From positions 1 to 41,155 of the forward strand of contig PFMC01000071.1 in the NCBI GenBank assembly GCA_002785295.1: 41,155 nucleotides of DNA. Reading direction: 5' to 3'. The stretch is from Candidatus Komeilibacteria bacterium CG_4_10_14_0_8_um_filter_37_78. Lineage in GTDB: Bacteria > Patescibacteriota > Patescibacteriia > UBA1558. Both the position numbers and the translations under genes were made by a program. This document shows, piece by piece, positions 7,066 through 16,117 of this stretch; the stretch's first letter is position 1; each line of letters opens with the position of its first letter. The notes below the pieces were generated by a model. That model saw nothing but the letters and a program-made list of their open reading frames with translations. It made no database searches and was not told where the DNA came from.

Positions 7066-9996
7066 TTATTCAACACTAATAGTAATGTCACGTCCTTGAA
7101 CAACTTGTCCATAAAGGTCTGTGAAGACAGGATAAACCTTGTAGGTACCACTGCTTGGTTTGTTTTGCCAAACATTGTTTATGGGTTGGGTGGAGGGACT
7201 TTTTATAAAACCAAACCAATGTGATTGATTTGAATCACTAGGACGATAATAAAAATCAACTTGAGATAAAATAGTTAAATCATCAACGCTCAATTGAAAA
7301 GTAAAAGGGAAGTCACTGTCTGAAAGGGAGGTGCTAGCAGAAGGATTGATCCAATTCATAACTATGTATTCCTCTCGCTCCAGAGTAAAGGTGATGCTCT
7401 CCTCATTATTATTTAAAATATCATCATACACTTTTGCTTTAATAGTGTGTATACCATTAGCTATTGCGGGAGGAATAGTATAAACAAAACTAAAAGGTTG
7501 TGTAGACTGAGTGCTGATTAATTTGTCATCTAGATAATATTTAACATTAGCAGCACCACGCGGCGCACCAGTAGAAACGGTCAGGCTTATTTGCCCCGTA
7601 GTAATAGTAATATTATTACTAGGAGTAGTAATATGAATATAAGGCTTATCTCCAGATTGATGGAGATCATCGTATTCTGTTGGTGCTTGTTCAGGAACAA
7701 TTCCTTGTTCTGCGGCCCAAGCAATCACGGGCTCCTCCCAGTTCGCATATTGATAGTCGCTGATAGGATTATTGGGTTGTGAACCAGCAATATTGCCACG
7801 CTCAACATAGTGTAGAATATTGTGAATCTGTTTAAAGGTTTTTTCTTCAACAGCTTCATCCGGCGTATATTCTGTGGCTAGCTTTTTTGAGAACTTATCT
7901 ATTTTTATTTTATCGCCACCTTCAAGAAAACCACCAAGCATTGGCTTGTCGCCATTGGTATAGTTTGGGCTAGTAAAATATTTGACTTCTTTATCATCGA
8001 GATAATTTTTTAAGAAACTTTTCCAAACAGGAGCAGCAACAACACCACCAGCAGCGCCACGCTTCATTTCAGAGTTATCATTATTGCCCACCCAAACACC
8101 GGCCGCTACTTGATAGGGGGTATAGCCAATAGTCCAAGCATCACGATAGTCATTGGTAGTACCAGTTTTGGCAGCAACTGGCCGACCAGGAAGAGTAAGG
8201 TAGTTTGCTTCACCAAAAATATAAGAGCGCGCCTCATTATCTGATAGAACACTATTGAGTATGCGGACATATTCAATATCAACAATTTTTTCAGTGGAAT
8301 CATCCTTATATTCCTCTAAAATTCGCCCATTTTCATCTTCTACGCTAAGAATTGATTGGTATGGTTTCCAAACGCCTTCACGAGCAAGCGCAGCAAAGGC
8401 ATTGACGTGCTCAATTAATTTTACTTCACCACCACCCAAAACAAGAGAGAGGCCAAAACGGGAACGATCGCCAAGGGTAGTATAACCAAAGCCATCAGCC
8501 AAATCTAAAACATTGGCAACGCCAGCCAAATAAATCATTTTAACAGCTGGTGTGTTTAGAGAACCTGCTAATGCTTGACGAATGGTGACTGGACCATACT
8601 CCGCTAGGTCATAGTTTTTTGGCGCATAGCTTTCAGGCTCAGCCTTAAAGACGGTGTCTAGATCAAATAAAATTGAGTCTGGTGTGAAGCCTTGAGCAAA
8701 GCCAGACAAATAAACAAAGGGCTTAAACGAGCTACCGGGTTGTCGTGGTTGAATACTAACATTGACTTGCCCATCAATAGTGTCATCGAAATAATCTTTA
8801 GATCCAACCAGGGCAATTACTTGACTAGTGGGCACATCAATTGCCACCAAAGAGGCATTACTCGCTTGATAGTCAGTCATGTTTCTCTCGGCATATTCAT
8901 TGATAGCAGCTTCTGCACTTTCTTGGGCGGCAACATCTAAAGTGGTGATCACCCTTAGGCCACCTTGTTCAACTAATTGAATGCCATATTTTGATTCTAA
9001 ATATTCTTTGATATATAAAACAAAATGAGGTGCCTTAATATCAGAGATGCGTTTTTTAAAATCCAGTTGATAGTCTTTAGCAGTTGTTGCTTCTTTTTCG
9101 GTGATATATTGTTCTTCCACCATCAAGTCGAGGATGTATTGTTGACGACCAATCAATTCAGCATAGTTTGAGCCATATGGAGAATAATAAGAAGGGGCTT
9201 GGGGCAGGGCGGCTAAAATAGTGGCTTCGGCCAGGCTAAGATCAGTAGCTTTTTTATCAAAATAATAATTACTGGCAGCTTCGATGCCATAAGTATTTGA
9301 GCCATAAGGTATTTCATTGAAATACATGGTTAGAATTTCGTCCTTACTAAACTTTTTTTCTAAGCGATAAGAAAGAATCCATTCTTTAATTTTTCTCGCT
9401 AAACTTCGTTCATTGGTGAGAATGGCGTTTTTGACAAACTGTTGTGTTAGGGTAGAGCCACCCTGAGATCTTTTGCCTTGTAGACGAGGAACAATCTGAC
9501 CTCGTAAAATGCCCCATAAAGAAATACCACCATGTTCATAAAAGTTTTTATCTTCAATAGAAATGGTTGCCTGAACAGCATAGGCTGGTAAGCTTTCCAG
9601 ACTAACCATCGTTCTTTTTTGATCACCAGCTATTTCATAGAGTAGGGTTTCACCAGTACGGTCATATATTTTGGTACTCTGAGCAATGGTTCGGTCAATG
9701 ATTTTGTCAGGACTGGGAAGGTCTTGAGAATAATAAATAAAGAGGCCAATAATAAGAAAAAGCCCTAAAACACCAACAATAAGACCTAAACGAAACGATT
9801 TTCTAAAAACAAAATGCACAAATTTGGAAAACTTTCCCCGATCAGTAGTTCTAACTTTGATTTTTTTGCTGGTGTATTTGTTATTTTTAGGTGGTCGAAA
9901 AGAAGGTGCTGACGCTTTCTTGCGACGGCGCTCTGGTTTTTCACTATTATCTTTCCAGGCCTGCGGCGACCGGACTTTTAATTGAGGAATTGGCAT
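7066..9996 (-). CDS. Class A penicillin-binding protein (PBP1A family, glycosyltransferase plus transpeptidase) with a long C-terminal extension
   Basis: GT51 motifs EDKNFYEHGG and GGSTLTQQ. Transpeptidase motifs SSFKP (SxxK), SLN (SxN) and KTGT. Has a Lys/Arg-rich N-terminal tail, then one TM. About 215 extra C-terminal residues have a beta-rich, Ig-like appearance. Confidence 0.92.
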   Translation of the reverse strand: MPIPQLKVRSPQAWKDNSEKPERRRKKASAPSFRPPKNNKYTSKKIKVRTTDRGKFSKFVHFVFRKSFRLGLIVGVLGLFLIIGLFIYYSQDLPSPDKIIDRTIAQSTKIYDRTGETLLYEIAGDQKRTMVSLESLPAYAVQATISIEDKNFYEHGGISLWGILRGQIVPRLQGKRSQGGSTLTQQFVKNAILTNERSLARKIKEWILSYRLEKKFSKDEILTMYFNEIPYGSNTYGIEAASNYYFDKKATDLSLAEATILAALPQAPSYYSPYGSNYAELIGRQQYILDLMVEEQYITEKEATTAKDYQLDFKKRISDIKAPHFVLYIKEYLESKYGIQLVEQGGLRVITTLDVAAQESAEAAINEYAERNMTDYQASNASLVAIDVPTSQVIALVGSKDYFDDTIDGQVNVSIQPRQPGSSFKPFVYLSGFAQGFTPDSILFDLDTVFKAEPESYAPKNYDLAEYGPVTIRQALAGSLNTPAVKMIYLAGVANVLDLADGFGYTTLGDRSRFGLSLVLGGGEVKLIEHVNAFAALAREGVWKPYQSILSVEDENGRILEEYKDDSTEKIVDIEYVRILNSVLSDNEARSYIFGEANYLTLPGRPVAAKTGTTNDYRDAWTIGYTPYQVAAGVWVGNNDNSEMKRGAAGGVVAAPVWKSFLKNYLDDKEVKYFTSPNYTNGDKPMLGGFLEGGDKIKIDKFSKKLATEYTPDEAVEEKTFKQIHNILHYVERGNIAGSQPNNPISDYQYANWEEPVIAWAAEQGIVPEQAPTEYDDLHQSGDKPYIHITTPSNNITITTGQISLTVSTGAPRGAANVKYYLDDKLISTQSTQPFSFVYTIPPAIANGIHTIKAKVYDDILNNNEESITFTLEREEYIVMNWINPSASTSLSDSDFPFTFQLSVDDLTILSQVDFYYRPSDSNQSHWFGFIKSPSTQPINNVWQNKPSSGTYKVYPVFTDLYGQVVQGRDITISVE

Positions 9997-10004
9997 ATGG
10001 GTTT

Positions 10005-10013
10005 ATTCTAGCA
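10005..10013 (-). promoter_or_regulatory. Extended -10 element TGcTAGAAT, 8 nt upstream of the PBP1A ATG
   Basis: The reverse complement of 9997-10013 reads tgcTAGAATaaacccat, followed by ATG. No purine-rich SD lies in between, which suggests a leaderless or near-leaderless mRNA. Confidence 0.4.
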
Positions 10014-10047
10014 TGGGACAGTGTTTTTTTCAATTGTTGTCAAACTT

Positions 10048-10056
10048 TGCTATAAT
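10048..10056 (+). promoter_or_regulatory. Extended -10 element TGcTATAAT for tyrS
   Basis: Read directly. It lies 27 nt upstream of the tyrS ATG, divergent from the PBP1A promoter. Confidence 0.45.
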
Positions 10057-10083
10057 AGAAACACTAATAGTTAATAATAATAT

Positions 10084-11274
10084 ATGAAAGTAAATACAGA
10101 AATTAGTGCGGTGGAAGAAGTTTTGACTAGAGGTGTACAAGAAATCGTTGTTGCTGATTCATTGAAGAAAAAAATGTTGTCTGGCAAACAACTACGAATC
10201 AAGCACGGCGTAGACCCAACCTCTACTGATTTGCATTTGGGTTATGCGGTGGTCTATGAAAAGTTGAGACAGTTTCAAGAACTGGGACACAAGATCGTTT
10301 TTTTAATTGGTTCCTTTACTGCTCGTTTTGGTGACCCTACAGATAAGGGTAAGGTCAGAGAAATGAAAACAAAAGAGGCGGTGATGGAAATGGCCAAGGA
10401 ATATATTAAACAGCTTGGTAAAATAATAGATATAAAAAAGATTGAAGTGGTTTACAATGGTAATTGGTATGATAAGTTTTCAGCCGAAGACTTGCTAAAT
10501 TTAATGTCCAAGTTTACTGTGGCTAGAATGTTGGAAAGAGATATGTTTCAGCAAAGAATGAAAGAGGCTAGAGAAATATATCTTCATGAACCGGTTTACC
10601 CTGTATTGCAGGGTTATGACTCTGTTGTGATCAAATCAGATATAACGGTGATTGGCAGCGATCAAAAATTTAATGAATTACAGGCCAGGCCACTACAAGA
10701 GGCTGCTGGTCAAGTGCCACAGGATTTGATGATGGTGCCCCTATTGATTGGCACAGATGGCGAACAAAAAATGAGTCAGTCTTTGGGTAACTATATTGGC
10801 ATCGCCGATTCACCACAGGATCAGTTTGGTAAGACCATGTCTATACCAGATAGTTTGATATATTCTTATTTTGAGCTTTGCACTAGAGTGGACGCTTCTG
10901 ATCTCTATGAGATAGAAAAACAATTGAAGTCAGGAGAAAATCCTAGAAACATAAAGGTGCGACTCGCTAAAGAGATTGTCAAAATTTATCATGGTGAACG
11001 AGCAGCACAAAAGGCTGAAGAAGAATTTATTAACGTTTTTAGTAATAAACAAAAGCCTACAAATATTCCTAAATTTGTTTTTCGTGAGGATATGAATATT
11101 TTGGGCATTATGGTGGCTAGTGAAATGGTCACGTCGAATAGCGAAGGCAGAAGAATGGTCGAACAAAAAGCAGTAAAGGTGAACGAAATTATAGTTAGCG
11201 ATATTGAACAACATGGCTTTAAGGCTGGCGACGTGGTCCAGGTAGGAAAAAGAAGGTATATTGAGTTAGTCTAA
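10084..11274 (+). CDS. tyrS: Tyrosine--tRNA ligase
   Basis: 396 aa. Class I motifs are present: HIGH-like DLHLGY and KMSKS-like KMSQS. A C-terminal S4-like RNA-binding domain (SNSEGRRMVEQKAVKVN) favours TyrRS over TrpRS. Confidence 0.85.
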   Translation: MKVNTEISAVEEVLTRGVQEIVVADSLKKKMLSGKQLRIKHGVDPTSTDLHLGYAVVYEKLRQFQELGHKIVFLIGSFTARFGDPTDKGKVREMKTKEAVMEMAKEYIKQLGKIIDIKKIEVVYNGNWYDKFSAEDLLNLMSKFTVARMLERDMFQQRMKEAREIYLHEPVYPVLQGYDSVVIKSDITVIGSDQKFNELQARPLQEAAGQVPQDLMMVPLLIGTDGEQKMSQSLGNYIGIADSPQDQFGKTMSIPDSLIYSYFELCTRVDASDLYEIEKQLKSGENPRNIKVRLAKEIVKIYHGERAAQKAEEEFINVFSNKQKPTNIPKFVFREDMNILGIMVASEMVTSNSEGRRMVEQKAVKVNEIIVSDIEQHGFKAGDVVQVGKRRYIELV

Positions 11275-11324
11275 ATTATAATAAAACCCGTACCTCGTGG
11301 TGCGGGACAAGCCTTATTTAGCAT

Positions 11325-11364
11325 AAAAAATAACCCCGCACCGTATGATATGGGGTTATTTTCC
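11325..11364. terminator. Bidirectional terminator (tyrS / ruvC convergent)
   Basis: aaaaaATAACCCC...GGGGTTATtttt: an 8-bp stem flanked by A- and T-runs. It overlaps the ruvC stop codon. Confidence 0.5.
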
Positions 11365-11862
11365 TAATTTTTTCATTTTTAGACTGCTCAAGCAACAAAG
11401 TGCCGCGGCTAAGGCATCGGAAGCATCATCGGGTTTGGGGATCTTATCTAGATTCAAAATAGCTTTGACCATATTACCCATTTGATTTTTGTCAGCACGG
11501 CCATAACCAGTTAGAGCTTGCTTGATTTGTAGCGGAGTAAATTCATAAATAGGTGTCTTGGTTTGCTTGGCGGCCAAAATGATCACACCACGTGCTTGGC
11601 TCACTTTAATGACAGTGGTAGTGTTACGAAAAAAGAAAAGTTCTTCAATGGCGATATAATCAGGACGATAATTTTTTAGCAGAGACAGTGTTTGAGTATA
11701 AATATAAAATAGCCGATCTTCAAAGGGCTGTTTAGCAACTGTTTGGATGGAGCCATAATCAACAGGAATTATTTTTTCACCTTGTTTTTTGATAATGCCA
11801 AAACCCGTATCAGCAAAACCAGGATCAATCCCAAGTATTGTAATGTTGCTAGATTTGGCCAT
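11356..11862 (-). CDS. ruvC: Crossover junction endodeoxyribonuclease RuvC
   Basis: ILGIDPGFADTGFGII catalytic Asp motif, typical length, and a C-terminal DASDALA motif. The ORF-track start at 11871 is a TTG. I prefer the ATG at 11862 (MAKSS...), which sits 8 nt downstream of a TATAAT. Confidence 0.88.
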   Translation of the reverse strand: MAKSSNITILGIDPGFADTGFGIIKKQGEKIIPVDYGSIQTVAKQPFEDRLFYIYTQTLSLLKNYRPDYIAIEELFFFRNTTTVIKVSQARGVIILAAKQTKTPIYEFTPLQIKQALTGYGRADKNQMGNMVKAILNLDKIPKPDDASDALAAALCCLSSLKMKKLGK

Positions 11863-11982
11863 AACAATCAATTATAGTATTCAAATGAATTTAGATTTAT
11901 TGAATTTAGTTTTTAGTTGGTTAGTTTGTTGGGTTTAGTGTTTTATAATTATACTAACAACTAAATAACTAGTAACTAGAAA

Positions 11983-12687
11983 TTAAATATCAGCATTAGT
12001 ATAAACATATTGGACATCATCATTATCATCCAAAAGTTCCAGCACCTTAATAATTGTTTCTTCTTTTTTTGGCTTTACTCTTTCTTTGGCGATATATTCT
12101 AAGCCGCTGTCTTCTATTTCAAAATTAGCTTGTTCAAGTTTCTGTTTAACATTATTCAGCTCAGCAGCCGCAGTGTAAATAGTAATACTATCGTCTGTTG
12201 TAATATCCTCAGCACCAGCATCGATGATCTGTAATTCTTGCTCGTCGGTTAAAGAGTTTTGTTTTAAATAAATAACTCCTTGATGATTGAAGAGCCACAG
12301 CACACTACCACTGCTGCCCAAATTGCCACCATTCTTTGACAAAATATGTTTGATTTCACTAACAGCGCGATTTTTATTATCTGTAATTACCTCCATAATC
12401 AAGGCAATACCATCTGGTCCAAAACCTTCATACGTAATTTCTTCCATTGCCTGTCCACCAGATTCGCCAGTACCAGATTTGATGGCCCGTTCAATATTGT
12501 CTTTAGGTAAGCTAAATTTTTTGGCACGATCGATAGCCATACGTAGCTTGAAGTTCATGATTGGGTCGCCGCCATCACGGGCTGCGAGACTGATGGCTTT
12601 AGCCAGTTTAGTAAAAAGACTGCTTCTTTTGGAATCAGTGACTTCTTTAGCTCTTTTGGTGGTTGCCCATTTTGAGTGCCCGGACAT
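11983..12687 (-). CDS. YebC/PmpR family DNA-binding transcriptional regulator
   Basis: MSGHSKWATTKRAKEVTDSKRS... is the hallmark N-terminus. 234 aa, and the conserved adjacency to ruvC is present. Confidence 0.9.
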   Translation of the reverse strand: MSGHSKWATTKRAKEVTDSKRSSLFTKLAKAISLAARDGGDPIMNFKLRMAIDRAKKFSLPKDNIERAIKSGTGESGGQAMEEITYEGFGPDGIALIMEVITDNKNRAVSEIKHILSKNGGNLGSSGSVLWLFNHQGVIYLKQNSLTDEQELQIIDAGAEDITTDDSITIYTAAAELNNVKQKLEQANFEIEDSGLEYIAKERVKPKKEETIIKVLELLDDNDDVQYVYTNADI

Positions 12688-12887
12688 GATTATATTGGTT
12701 AATGGGGATTAGGTTTGGAGATTGGTTAAGGTTTGGGTTGTTGGGTTGGGTGAATCAATAAAGAATTGTCATATACTAAATCCTATAACCCAACTCGCTT
12801 CTTAACCTAACAACTAAACCTTCTTAATATAGATTAGCAGGATATTATTGAATAATCAACTATGTTGAGAATAATGTTTAAATAAGC

Positions 12888-12893
12888 TACAAT
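12888..12893 (+). promoter_or_regulatory. -10-like TACAAT, 6 nt upstream of the PGI/PMI ATG
   Basis: tacaat-atagac-ATG read directly, with no SD. Confidence 0.3.
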
Positions 12894-12899
12894 ATAGAC

Positions 12900-13910
12900 A
12901 TGCAAAAATTAACCAAACAACAATTAGCCTATAATTCAATTGATTTGTTGACTGCCCAGATTGATCAAGGGTGGGCCACGATGAAGGCCGTTGAATTACC
13001 GGCTAACTATCAAAAGTTTACTAATATTGTGGTTTGTGGGATGGGCGGTTCTCAGATAGGTTTTGCTATGATCAGGCAAGCTTTATCAAAAGAGCTAAAA
13101 ATATCAATATATATTAATAATGATTATAGTTTACCAGGCTTTGTTGATAGGAAGAGTCTTATTATATTGTCTAGCTACTCGGGTACCACAGAAGAGGTTC
13201 TTAGCTGCGCCCAAGAAGTTACAAAAAAGGGATATCACGGCCTTATTATTACTAGTAATGGTTTATTAGCACGAAGAATTAGTAAATCACTGCCAGGGAT
13301 CAAGTTTGCGACAGATTTTAACCCTTCTCAGCAGCCTAGACTGGGCCTTGGCTATTCTGTCGGTATTTTTTTATCATTACTAAATAGAATAAAAGCGATT
13401 AAGTTGTCTAAGAAAACATTTGCTCTGATCAACTTAAGCGTGGCAGATAGTAAAGATAATCAAACACTAGCTAAAAAAATAGCTAAAAAAATGATTTTAG
13501 TGGTTTCTGCTGAACACTTAGCAGGTAATGCCCACATATTATCAAACCAGATCAATGAGAGTGGTAAGAATCAGGCATATTGGGCAAACTTGCCAGAGTT
13601 AAATCACCATTTTTTAGAGAGCCTTAGTTTTCCTAAAGGCTTGGCTCAGCAAAAAATGTTAGTTTTGTTCTTAGAAAGTGCTAGTTATTCAGCTAAAATA
13701 CAAAAGCGAATCAAAGTGACTAAGCAAGTTTTAAAGCAGCAAGGCATTAGAACAGAGAGTCTCAAAGTTAAGACTAAATCAGATCTGCAAGACAGTTTAT
13801 CCACTTTGCAATCAGGGTCTTACTTATGCTATTATATTAGTGTTGTTAATGGGGTGGATCCATTAGACATTCCCTGGGTTGATTATTTTAAGAAAGAGTT
13901 GAAAAAGTAA
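12900..13910 (+). CDS. Bifunctional phosphoglucose/phosphomannose isomerase family (SIS domain)
   Basis: 336 aa with SIS motifs VVCGMGGSQIG and SSYSGTTEE. Size and layout match the archaeal/bacterial PGI/PMI family. Confidence 0.65.
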   Translation: MQKLTKQQLAYNSIDLLTAQIDQGWATMKAVELPANYQKFTNIVVCGMGGSQIGFAMIRQALSKELKISIYINNDYSLPGFVDRKSLIILSSYSGTTEEVLSCAQEVTKKGYHGLIITSNGLLARRISKSLPGIKFATDFNPSQQPRLGLGYSVGIFLSLLNRIKAIKLSKKTFALINLSVADSKDNQTLAKKIAKKMILVVSAEHLAGNAHILSNQINESGKNQAYWANLPELNHHFLESLSFPKGLAQQKMLVLFLESASYSAKIQKRIKVTKQVLKQQGIRTESLKVKTKSDLQDSLSTLQSGSYLCYYISVVNGVDPLDIPWVDYFKKELKK

Positions 13911-13978
13911 ATTATTATAATAGAGGATTTATCCTCTTTTATATAAGCCTCCATGCCGAGTCCAAACTGGACTTTGAG

Positions 13979-14012
13979 AATCCTCGCAACCATGTTTGGC
14001 GAGGATTTTTTT
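13979..14012 (+). terminator. Terminator after the PGI/PMI gene
   Basis: Stem aatcctcgc/gcgaggatt (9 bp) with an 11-nt loop and a T-run of 7. A weaker hairpin, agaggat..atcctct plus tttt, lies at 13922-13940. Confidence 0.7.
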
Positions 14013-14061
14013 ATTGAAGAAATAAATTTTCACCGGATAGAAAGCTAAAAAACAATAATAA

Positions 14062-14070
14062 TGCTATAAT
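14062..14070 (+). promoter_or_regulatory. Extended -10 TGcTATAAT, 6 nt upstream of the ATG at 14077
   Basis: tgcTATAAT-atctat-ATG read directly, with no SD. A leaderless-type arrangement. Confidence 0.45.
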
Positions 14071-14076
14071 ATCTAT

Positions 14077-15645
14077 ATGTTTATTCAGAATAGAAGATAT
14101 AAAATTGCCAATTTTATTATTAGTCACAAGCTAGACTATTTAATTTTATTTTTAATAGTCTTTGGTTTGTTTTTATGGCTCCAAGCTAGCCCAACTTTTG
14201 TTAATTCAGATTCATTTTATCATGCTAAAATGGCAGAATTAATGCAGTCAGATTTGGTACTGGATAGCTTTCCTTGGTTGCAAGCAACAAACTTTGAGCA
14301 AAGCTTTGCGGATAGTAATTGGCTCTACCACGTTTTACTAGTACCATTTGTTGATGTCTTTAATATTTTCTTAGTCATCAAGTTCATCAATGTCTTATTA
14401 GCCAGTTTGTTAATCACCCTCCTATATTTTTGGTTGAAAAGAAATAAGGGTAAGTGGCCTTTGTTTTTTGTAGTTTTGCTTTTAACTGCCCTGCCCCTAG
14501 TGATTAAAATTAGTTTTTTTGAGCCTACAGCGTTGGTTTTGATTTTCTATTTGATCGGTCTAGACTTGATGATTCATTATCGTTATTGGGGATTGCTGAT
14601 AGCCAGTATTGTCTTCGCCCTATTAAGCGGATTTTTCATTATTTTGCCGATAATTGCGATAGTCTGGATAATTATTGACTTGTTCTATTTACAGCACAGG
14701 ATGGACTATTTTAAGTCAAAATGGGGTGGTGCTAAAGAGGTTGTCCTTAACAAACTAGGTTTTCACTCTAATCGACAGGGAAAGAAGTGGCTGATCCTAA
14801 TATCCACAGTGGTTGGCGTTTTGATCGGCAGTATTATTCATCCATATTGGCCTAATAATTTAATTATTTACTATCAAACCCTATTCAGTAATTTAGTGCA
14901 TAATGCGGTTGGTTTAAATCTATTATTGATCAATATTGGCGCGATTACAATTTGTGTTTTGTTGACCCTGGCAATTATTATCATCCGGAGTAGAAAGGCG
15001 AGCAAACTGACGATTTTATTTAGTATTATTACTCTCCTCTTCTTATTATTAGCTATTGCTTCCTATTATTATTTAGAATTTTTTATTATTAGCTTAATTA
15101 TCTTGCTGTCGCTTCTGTGGCGAGACTTGTTGCACGACCTGAGCTGGTATGATATTTGGCATAAGACAATTAAAGACAATCAAGTTTATCGTTTGACAAT
15201 GCTTGTGGTGATTGGGATTTTTGTGGTGATCAGCTTTAATAATATCATAATTTTTAAATCGACAACCAAAGAGTACCCACGCTTGACGCATTTGCAAGGC
15301 GCGGCTGAGTGGTTGCGTTATCATACCCCCGACGACTCTTTAGTGGTTAGTGATCAATGGCAGGATTGGGCCAGCTTATTTTATTATAATGATAATAATA
15401 CCTATTTTCTTGGTAAGGATCAGAACTATATTGATATTAAACACGCGCAAACAGCAGAGGAATATTTTGACTTAATGAGTGGCAAGACAACAATCAATAG
15501 CTATTTGATTCTACGTGATCGGATCAAGGCAGATTATTTATTAATTAGTAAGGGCAATCTTAAGTTTCAGGATTATATTAGTCAAAATATTTATTTTGAG
15601 CTAGTTTATGATGATCTTGAAGCGTGGGTATATAATATTCAGTAG
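14077..15645 (+). CDS. Polytopic GT-C-fold membrane glycosyltransferase, possibly STT3/AglB/PglB-like oligosaccharyltransferase
   Basis: 522 aa with about 11-13 predicted TM helices, then a soluble tail of about 130 aa. The first external loop has NSDSFYHAKM, resembling the acidic D-x-YYH loop of STT3-type enzymes. The tail begins VVSDQWQDWASLFYY, resembling the WWDYG region. Both comparisons are from memory and are weak. Confidence 0.4.
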   Translation: MFIQNRRYKIANFIISHKLDYLILFLIVFGLFLWLQASPTFVNSDSFYHAKMAELMQSDLVLDSFPWLQATNFEQSFADSNWLYHVLLVPFVDVFNIFLVIKFINVLLASLLITLLYFWLKRNKGKWPLFFVVLLLTALPLVIKISFFEPTALVLIFYLIGLDLMIHYRYWGLLIASIVFALLSGFFIILPIIAIVWIIIDLFYLQHRMDYFKSKWGGAKEVVLNKLGFHSNRQGKKWLILISTVVGVLIGSIIHPYWPNNLIIYYQTLFSNLVHNAVGLNLLLINIGAITICVLLTLAIIIIRSRKASKLTILFSIITLLFLLLAIASYYYLEFFIISLIILLSLLWRDLLHDLSWYDIWHKTIKDNQVYRLTMLVVIGIFVVISFNNIIIFKSTTKEYPRLTHLQGAAEWLRYHTPDDSLVVSDQWQDWASLFYYNDNNTYFLGKDQNYIDIKHAQTAEEYFDLMSGKTTINSYLILRDRIKADYLLISKGNLKFQDYISQNIYFELVYDDLEAWVYNIQ

Positions 15646-15654
15646 AAGAGTAAT

Positions 15655-15690
15655 AAAAAAACGTCTCAATCAAGGAGGCGTTTTATGTTT
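15655..15690. terminator. Terminator between the convergent GT-C gene and the pilin-like array
   Basis: aaaaaaaCGTCTCaatcaagGAGGCGtttta: a 6-bp stem (U-G on the plus-strand RNA), flanked by A- and T-runs. Confidence 0.6.
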
Positions 15691-15702
15691 CTAGCAGTAA
15701 AT

Positions 15703-16116
15703 TTAAACTGTATTATCTTCAGTCATAGCCTGATAAACAGCAGTAAAGACAAAGTCCGCAATAGCATAAGCTATAAAGATGATAATAGCACCAATAACGG
15801 CGGCGATCAGTCGTTTTTTTGCTTTATCTACCTTGTCTGTATTGCCGCCAGAAGTCATCCATTGGAAGCCAGACCAGAGAATAAAGACAATCAGCACAAT
15901 GCCGATAAAACCAAGGGCATATTTGATCAAACGGATGGCCACAACATCAATGGGGTCACTGGCAGTATTGCCAGTTAGGCCGCTTTCAAATAGATCATGA
16001 GTATTAAGGATTTGCTGATTTAAACTGTCATTAGTGTCTTCAGCATGAACAAAAAATGGTAGGCTGATAAAACCGAGGCAAATAATAACGGTGATAATTG
16101 TAGATTTTCTAAACAT
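15703..16116 (-). CDS. VirB2/TrbC-like (T4SS-pilin-like) small membrane protein, paralog 1 (last in the array)
   Basis: Signal peptide, then the variable segment EDTNDSLNQQ..., then TM1 ending in WSGFQWMTSGGNTDKVDKAKKRL, then TM2. I prefer the ATG at 16116 (MFRKSTII...), 1 nt after the stop of the upstream paralog. Confidence 0.8.
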   Translation of the reverse strand: MFRKSTIITVIICLGFISLPFFVHAEDTNDSLNQQILNTHDLFESGLTGNTASDPIDVVAIRLIKYALGFIGIVLIVFILWSGFQWMTSGGNTDKVDKAKKRLIAAVIGAIIIFIAYAIADFVFTAVYQAMTEDNTV

Positions 16117-16117
16117 A

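Noticed and set aside
11880-11982. G/T-rich then A/C-rich word repeats (TAGTT/GGTT, and their complement AACTA) in the yebC-ruvC spacer, with a similar pattern at 12700-12830. Considered as long imperfect inverted repeats or riboregulators
   Set aside because: Pairing is very imperfect when written out, relying on many mismatches and G-U pairs. The pattern looks like low-complexity intergenic filler. I could not support a defined structure.
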